This document shows positions 59,673-64,000 of a stretch of 64,000 nucleotides of DNA, piece after piece (the stretch's first letter is position 1; each line of letters begins with the position of its first letter). Source of the stretch: an uncultured Bilophila sp. Lineage in GTDB: Bacteria; Desulfobacterota; Desulfovibrionia; Desulfovibrionales; Desulfovibrionaceae. The DNA lies in NCBI GenBank assembly GCA_910585945.1, contig CAJUHZ010000003.1:4240-68239 (forward strand), read 5' to 3'. A program made the translations under genes and the position numbers. A model generated the notes under the pieces. That model did no database searches, had not been told where the DNA came from, and saw only the letters and a program-made list of their open reading frames with translations.

Positions 59673-61268
59673 TCATTCCGCCAGGTTGCGGCCCGTCATG
59701 GCGGCGGGCGGGGTTATGCCCCAAAGCCCCAGCAGCGTCGGCGCGATATCGCCAAGCTTGCCGCCCTGGCGCAGGCGCGCCGGCCGCTCCCCGGTTCCGT
59801 CGTCGCCCGATGCGGATCCTTCGCGCACGAGGAAGGGGACGGGGTTGCAGGTGTGGGCCGTCTGGGGGCGGCCGTCCGCGTCAAGCATCTCTTCGCTGTT
59901 GCCGTGATCGGCGGTGAGAACAAGACGTCCGCCCGAAGCCAGAACAGCCTTCTCAATGCGTTCCACACAGGCGTCCACGGCTTCCAGCGCACGGATTGCG
60001 GCCTGAATGTCGCCGGTATGCCCGACCATGTCGGGATTGGCGAAATTGCATACGATCAGATCGTAGGGACGCCCCTCCGCCCCGTCGCGCCAGGCCGCAA
60101 GCAGGCGCTCCGTCACCTGCGCCACGCTCATTTCCGGCTTGAGATCGTATGTCGGCACGTCGCGGGGAGAATCCACAAGGATGCGATCCTCGCCGGGAAA
60201 GGGATCTTCGCGTCCGCCGTTGAAAAAATAGGTGACGTGGGCGTATTTTTCCGTTTCCGCAATGCGCAGTTGCCTCATGCCGAGGCGGGACGCCGTTTCC
60301 CCCAGGGTGTCTCCAAGATTGTCCCTGGCAAAGGCGACGGGCAGATCAAGGCCGGCATCATAGGAGGTCATGGCGGCCATTCCGGCCACACGCGGGCGCG
60401 CGCCGCGATCAAAGCCGGCAAAATCGGCGCAATGGAACGCGCTTGCCAGCTCGCGGGCGCGATCCGCCCGGAAGTTGAAGAAGAACAGACCGTCTCCGTC
60501 GCGCACGCGGATATCGTCCGGGGCGCCGAACAGGCGCGGCTTGAGAAATTCGTCGGTTTCGCCGGCGGCGTAGGCGGCGGCGAGGGCGGCTTCGGGATCG
60601 GTCTCCCGCTGTCCGACGCCGCGCGTCAGCAGATCCCAGGCGATGTTGACGCGCTCCCACCGCTTGTCGCGGTCCATGGCGTAGTAGCGGCCGCAGAGCG
60701 TGCCGATGCGGGCGCTCACGCCGGCATTGTTTTCGGCATCGGCCATTGCGCGGCGCAGATCGGCCACAAGGCCCGCGCCGCTGGTGGGAGGCGTGTCGCG
60801 CCCGTCCGTGAACAGATCGAGCAGGACGGGAACTCCGGCCCGGAGCGCGATGTCGACAAGGGCCTTGAGATGGCGGATATGGCTGTGCACGCCTCCGTCG
60901 GAAAGCAGACCCAAAAGGTGCAGGCGTCCTTTGCTTTGCCCGACCGCGGCGAGCACGCCGGCAAGCGCCGGATTGGCGGCAAGTTCCCCATTTTCCACGG
61001 CGAGATCGATGCGCGTCATGTCCTGATACACGACGCGCCCCGCGCCGATGTTCAGGTGGCCGACTTCGGAATTGCCCATGTACCCGGCGGGAAGCCCCAC
61101 GGCGCGGCCCGAGGCTTCAAGCCGCGCGACGCCGGGGCGCGAGGCTTCCGGCAGGCCGATCAGCCGGTCCAGGCAGGGCGTTTTCGCCAGCGAGACGGCG
61201 TTGCCCGCTGAAGCGGGGGCAAGGCCGTAGCCGTCAAGGATGAGCAGCAGCGTGGGCGTGAAAGTCAT
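59673..61268 (-). CDS. gpmI: 2,3-bisphosphoglycerate-independent phosphoglycerate mutase
   Basis: LLLILDGYG, SEVGHLN, and the C-terminal TADHGN. Confidence 0.94.
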   Translation of the reverse strand: MTFTPTLLLILDGYGLAPASAGNAVSLAKTPCLDRLIGLPEASRPGVARLEASGRAVGLPAGYMGNSEVGHLNIGAGRVVYQDMTRIDLAVENGELAANPALAGVLAAVGQSKGRLHLLGLLSDGGVHSHIRHLKALVDIALRAGVPVLLDLFTDGRDTPPTSGAGLVADLRRAMADAENNAGVSARIGTLCGRYYAMDRDKRWERVNIAWDLLTRGVGQRETDPEAALAAAYAAGETDEFLKPRLFGAPDDIRVRDGDGLFFFNFRADRARELASAFHCADFAGFDRGARPRVAGMAAMTSYDAGLDLPVAFARDNLGDTLGETASRLGMRQLRIAETEKYAHVTYFFNGGREDPFPGEDRILVDSPRDVPTYDLKPEMSVAQVTERLLAAWRDGAEGRPYDLIVCNFANPDMVGHTGDIQAAIRALEAVDACVERIEKAVLASGGRLVLTADHGNSEEMLDADGRPQTAHTCNPVPFLVREGSASGDDGTGERPARLRQGGKLGDIAPTLLGLWGITPPAAMTGRNLAE

Positions 61269-61285
61269 GACTCCGATCCCCCACG

Positions 61286-61861
61286 TCAAAAAACATTTTC
61301 TGCCGGCGCGGCATGGATGCGTTTCATCCCGTCCGGATCATCGGGGCCGTCGGCCGCCTGACGGGCCGGGGCCGGAGAACGCAGAAACGGCGCGTCGCGC
61401 CACAGGGCTTCAATCCGGTAGAGTTCGCGCGTTTCCGTCAGGAAGAGATGCACGACCACATCATTGAGATCGACCAGAACCCATTGGCCGGCCTGGTACC
61501 CTTCCATGCGCAGGTACTCGTATTCGTGCAGCCGGCTCTGTTCGAGCAGGCCGTCGGCAAGGGCGCGGGCGTGGCGGGCGGATGTGGCTGTGGCCACGAT
61601 GAGCGCGTCCATGCAGGGATTCAGCCCTGTCACGTCAATGACGGTCACATCGGCCGCCTTGCTGGCTTCGAGCCAGTCAGCGAGGACAAGGGCCTTTTCC
61701 GGGGCCGGAGCAACGGAGTACCGGCGGTTTGCAGGATGAAGGGACGAGGCTTGCGGAGTGGGCGGGATGATCGCCGCATCGGGCGCGCCGGGACGGAGAA
61801 CAGCGGACGACGCGGGCGCTTCGCCCCGCGTTCCGCCGGAAAGATCTGTGTTTTGTTCCAT
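61286..61861 (-). CDS. rsfS: Ribosome silencing factor RsfS with ~60-aa N-terminal extension
   Basis: The C-terminal 120 aa (DVTVIDV...CMDALIVATATSARHARALAD...WVLVDLNDVVVHLF) is the RsfS/iojap pattern. The true start is uncertain. Confidence 0.8.
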   Translation of the reverse strand: MEQNTDLSGGTRGEAPASSAVLRPGAPDAAIIPPTPQASSLHPANRRYSVAPAPEKALVLADWLEASKAADVTVIDVTGLNPCMDALIVATATSARHARALADGLLEQSRLHEYEYLRMEGYQAGQWVLVDLNDVVVHLFLTETRELYRIEALWRDAPFLRSPAPARQAADGPDDPDGMKRIHAAPAENVF

Positions 61862-62124
61862 AGGCGCAAGGATATCCTACTTCGCGCCGTGCCGCAATGA
61901 TGCCCCGGCGGGCCGGCACAGCGCGCTCATGAGAAATCGCGGCGTCCGGCGCGGGTCTTGTCGGGCGACGTCTCCCTCCGATCCGGTCCCGGCCGAAACC
62001 GGCGTCCGTCTTTTCTTCACAAGGCATCATGTGTATTTTGGGGCATCACTGCATGTGACTGTGAACTGTACCTCCGCGCGGACTTTCCGAAAATGAAAAA
62101 AGCAATGGCACTCAAGGAGGGAAT

Positions 62125-62352
62125 ATGCAACGTCTCGAAAGTCAGATGCCCCGTGACGCGGAAGAACGGGAGTTCACCATTGATATCTCTACAGAACCGC
62201 ATGCGCTGGAACTGGCGATTCTTACCCTTGCGGCTTCCAATATTCTGCCCCGGATACCGGAGCAGCTTCCGCCGAAGGAGGCGGCACGAGATATTCTCGG
62301 TTTGTTCCTGAATATCCGCGAACTTTTTCTGAACGGCCCCGGGTCCAGGTAG
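62125..62352 (+). CDS. Hypothetical small protein
   Basis: 75 aa. Strong RBS AAGGAGGG 5 nt before the ATG. Lies in a lower-GC patch. No recognisable motif. Confidence 0.4.
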   Translation: MQRLESQMPRDAEEREFTIDISTEPHALELAILTLAASNILPRIPEQLPPKEAARDILGLFLNIRELFLNGPGSR

Positions 62353-62457
62353 CGTCGGGCCTTTGCCCTGGCGTATGCCATCCGTGATGCATTGCCCCAT
62401 ATCGCCTTTTTGCTGACATCCCTCGCCAGTGAAGAGGAGGGGCTTGCACTCGCAATA

Positions 62458-62489
62458 AGAGTGGTTTCATTTCAAGATGAAACCACTCT
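62458..62489. repeat. TTTCAT/ATGAAA-class hairpin
   Basis: agagtggtttcat - ttcaag - atgaaaccactct (13-bp perfect stem). Confidence 0.7.
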
Positions 62490-62607
62490 CGTGTCGCGGG
62501 CGGCAAAACAACTTTCTGGAAAAGCGTGGCTTTTTCAACTGGTCACGCTGAGCGTCCGGCTGTTGCCGCAAAAAAAAGCAGGCTTCCGAAAAAAAGTGAA
62601 AAAAAAG

Positions 62608-62636
62608 CTTGCCAAACGGTGAGGTCTTGCGTAATA
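62608..62636 (+). promoter_or_regulatory. Sigma70-type promoter of tRNA-Phe with A-rich UP-like region
   Basis: TTGCCA - 17 nt - TAATAA, ending 11 nt before the tRNA 5' end. Preceded by A-tracts at 62570..62607. Confidence 0.6.
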
Positions 62637-62647
62637 AACATTTCCGC

Positions 62648-62723
<76 letters not shown>

Positions 62724-62733
62724 TATGAATCCA

Positions 62734-62763
62734 AGGGGTTGCAGCAATGTGACCCCTCTTTTT
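62734..62763 (+). terminator. Weak hairpin + T-run after tRNA-Phe
   Basis: aggggt - 12-nt loop - acccct followed by CTTTTT. Confidence 0.45.
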
Positions 62764-63052
62764 GTGCCTATTTTTGTATCACCACTGTATCACCTTTTGT
62801 CTCACCAGCTTCCAAACCGGGCATCAGCGCCGCCGCCCGCGTCTGGCTTCCGGCCGTGACGTTGGGCGCAGGTTCGGTCAGCGGCAGTCGAATTGCGGGA
62901 TCCGGTTGAGCGGCGACGTTGCGTATGCGAGAACCGTTTCGCGATCAGTCGCTGGACGGTGGAACATATGCCGGGCGGACCCCGGAATCGCGCGCCCCGG
63001 CAGGAGGATATCTCTCCCGTCGGGGCGCGCCTTGCAATGCGGGGTGGTCAGG

Positions 63053-63799
63053 CTATTTCCGGCTGGCCATTTCGTCCATCTTTTTCGCGCGCTTGCCGGA
63101 GTTCGGGTGGGAAGAGAGGAAACCGCCGCTGGAGCCGAGGCTTTCCAGTTTGCGCAGGGAAGATCCTGCCGCGGCGGTATTGTAGTTGTTTTCCTTGAGG
63201 AAATTCATGGCGTAGGCGTCCGCGTCCAGTTCCTGGCTCTGGGAGAACTGGGCGTTGAGGAATTGTTCCGTCAGATCTCCGAGCATGGAGTCGCTCAGCA
63301 CGTCGGCGGAGGAATTCAGCGCGCCAATGCCCTGCCGGGCGGCAGCGGCCGTGTACGCCAGACGCATGGCCTTGAGCGAATGCCCCAGCGCCACATGGCC
63401 GATTTCATGGCCGATCACGAAACGCAGTTCGTCGTCGTCCATCATGTCCATAAGGCCGGAGTAGACGCGCACGGAACCGTCGGCCGAGGCGTTGGCGTTG
63501 ACGTCTTTTGTGATGTAGACCTTGTAGTTCAGGGGCAGGCCGTTGACGCTGGAGTGTTTGCCCATGATTCTGGTCAGGCGCGTCATGTAGCTGTTGTCCG
63601 GGGAAGCGACGGCGGCTTCGGCGTCGCCCTTCTGGCGCATCTGCACGCACATGGCCTTGAGTTCCGCGTCATCCAGCGTGGCCGCGGCGTGCAGGCTGGA
63701 AGCCGCCCCGCCGAGTTTGCCGAGGTTGACCTGGTCCACGCAGCCTGCCGACGCGAACAGCAGGCATCCGCCCATAAGCATCAGAAACATTTTTTTCAT
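63053..63799 (-). CDS. M48-family zinc metallopeptidase lipoprotein
   Basis: Signal peptide and lipobox MKKMFLMLMGGCLLFASAGC. HEIGHVALGH (HExxH) motif. 248 aa. Confidence 0.88.
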   Translation of the reverse strand: MKKMFLMLMGGCLLFASAGCVDQVNLGKLGGAASSLHAAATLDDAELKAMCVQMRQKGDAEAAVASPDNSYMTRLTRIMGKHSSVNGLPLNYKVYITKDVNANASADGSVRVYSGLMDMMDDDELRFVIGHEIGHVALGHSLKAMRLAYTAAAARQGIGALNSSADVLSDSMLGDLTEQFLNAQFSQSQELDADAYAMNFLKENNYNTAAAGSSLRKLESLGSSGGFLSSHPNSGKRAKKMDEMASRK

Positions 63800-64000
63800 G
63801 ACGTTCTCTCCTTCTCTCCTTGTGCGGCGGCAGGCGGTGGAAGCTGCACGGCATGGCGCATCATGCGCGGCATGGGCGCAGGCCGTCGAGCCGCCGTGAT
63901 TTTGCTACTCCACACGGGCGGGGAAGGCAAGAGAACCGGTGCAACTCAATGCATTGGGGACGGTTTGAAAATGGGAGGCGTGCCCCACGCCCTCCGGATG

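Noticed and set aside
62392-62622. 76-aa plus-strand ORF just upstream of tRNA-Phe.
   Set aside because: It has no RBS, it spans a 13-bp hairpin and the A-rich UP and promoter region of the tRNA, and its Lys-rich tail derives from poly-A tracts. It is most likely non-coding.

Overview
This is a 64-kb, GC-rich (about 60-65% by eye) bacterial chromosomal segment. The gene content includes por-pta-ackA, a type III glutamine synthetase, and a che cluster carrying a HEAT-repeat protein and a ParA-like ATPase. Together with the very long antisense shadow ORFs, this suggests a Desulfovibrio-like deltaproteobacterium. That assignment is inference only.

I can support about 60 protein genes, one tRNA-Phe, and several intrinsic-terminator and promoter motifs. 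Gene order from left to right:
- rplM (partial), an HD hydrolase, uppP, a TetR regulator, a ClC channel, holB, an NFACT/RqcH-like protein, dksA, glnN, and a DUF1640 repeat protein
- secG-tpiA, rimI, and a GAF protein followed by mreB
- a chemotaxis cluster: cheB, HEAT protein, cheR, ParA-like, CheW-like, cheY, cheA
- an ACT protein, tatA, a HAD hydrolase, yggT, and ilvBN, then an inserted serine-hydrolase-like/DUF302 gene, then ilvC
- greA, mtaB, yicC-remA-gmk-pyrF, a TPR protein, recJ, a cyclophilin, a SlyB-like lipoprotein, and an AT-rich PAS-GAF-GGDEF gene
- a thioesterase, por-pta-ackA, an MFS transporter, gpmI, rsfS, tRNA-Phe, and an M48 peptidase

I found no CRISPR array, rRNA, transposase, integrase, prophage or recognisable defence or toxin system.

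The main structure not explained by genes is a dense, mosaic network of non-coding multi-hairpin repeats:
- There are four sequence families and at least 13 loci, covering roughly 2.5% of the window and filling many intergenic gaps.
- Two families share a conserved ~40-nt core whose hairpin shows a compensatory base-pair change between them.
- Several copies begin exactly at, or contain, the stop codon of the adjacent gene.
- One copy lies 32 bp upstream of the glnN start codon.

Everything here comes from reading the sequence and recognising motifs. No database searches were run.
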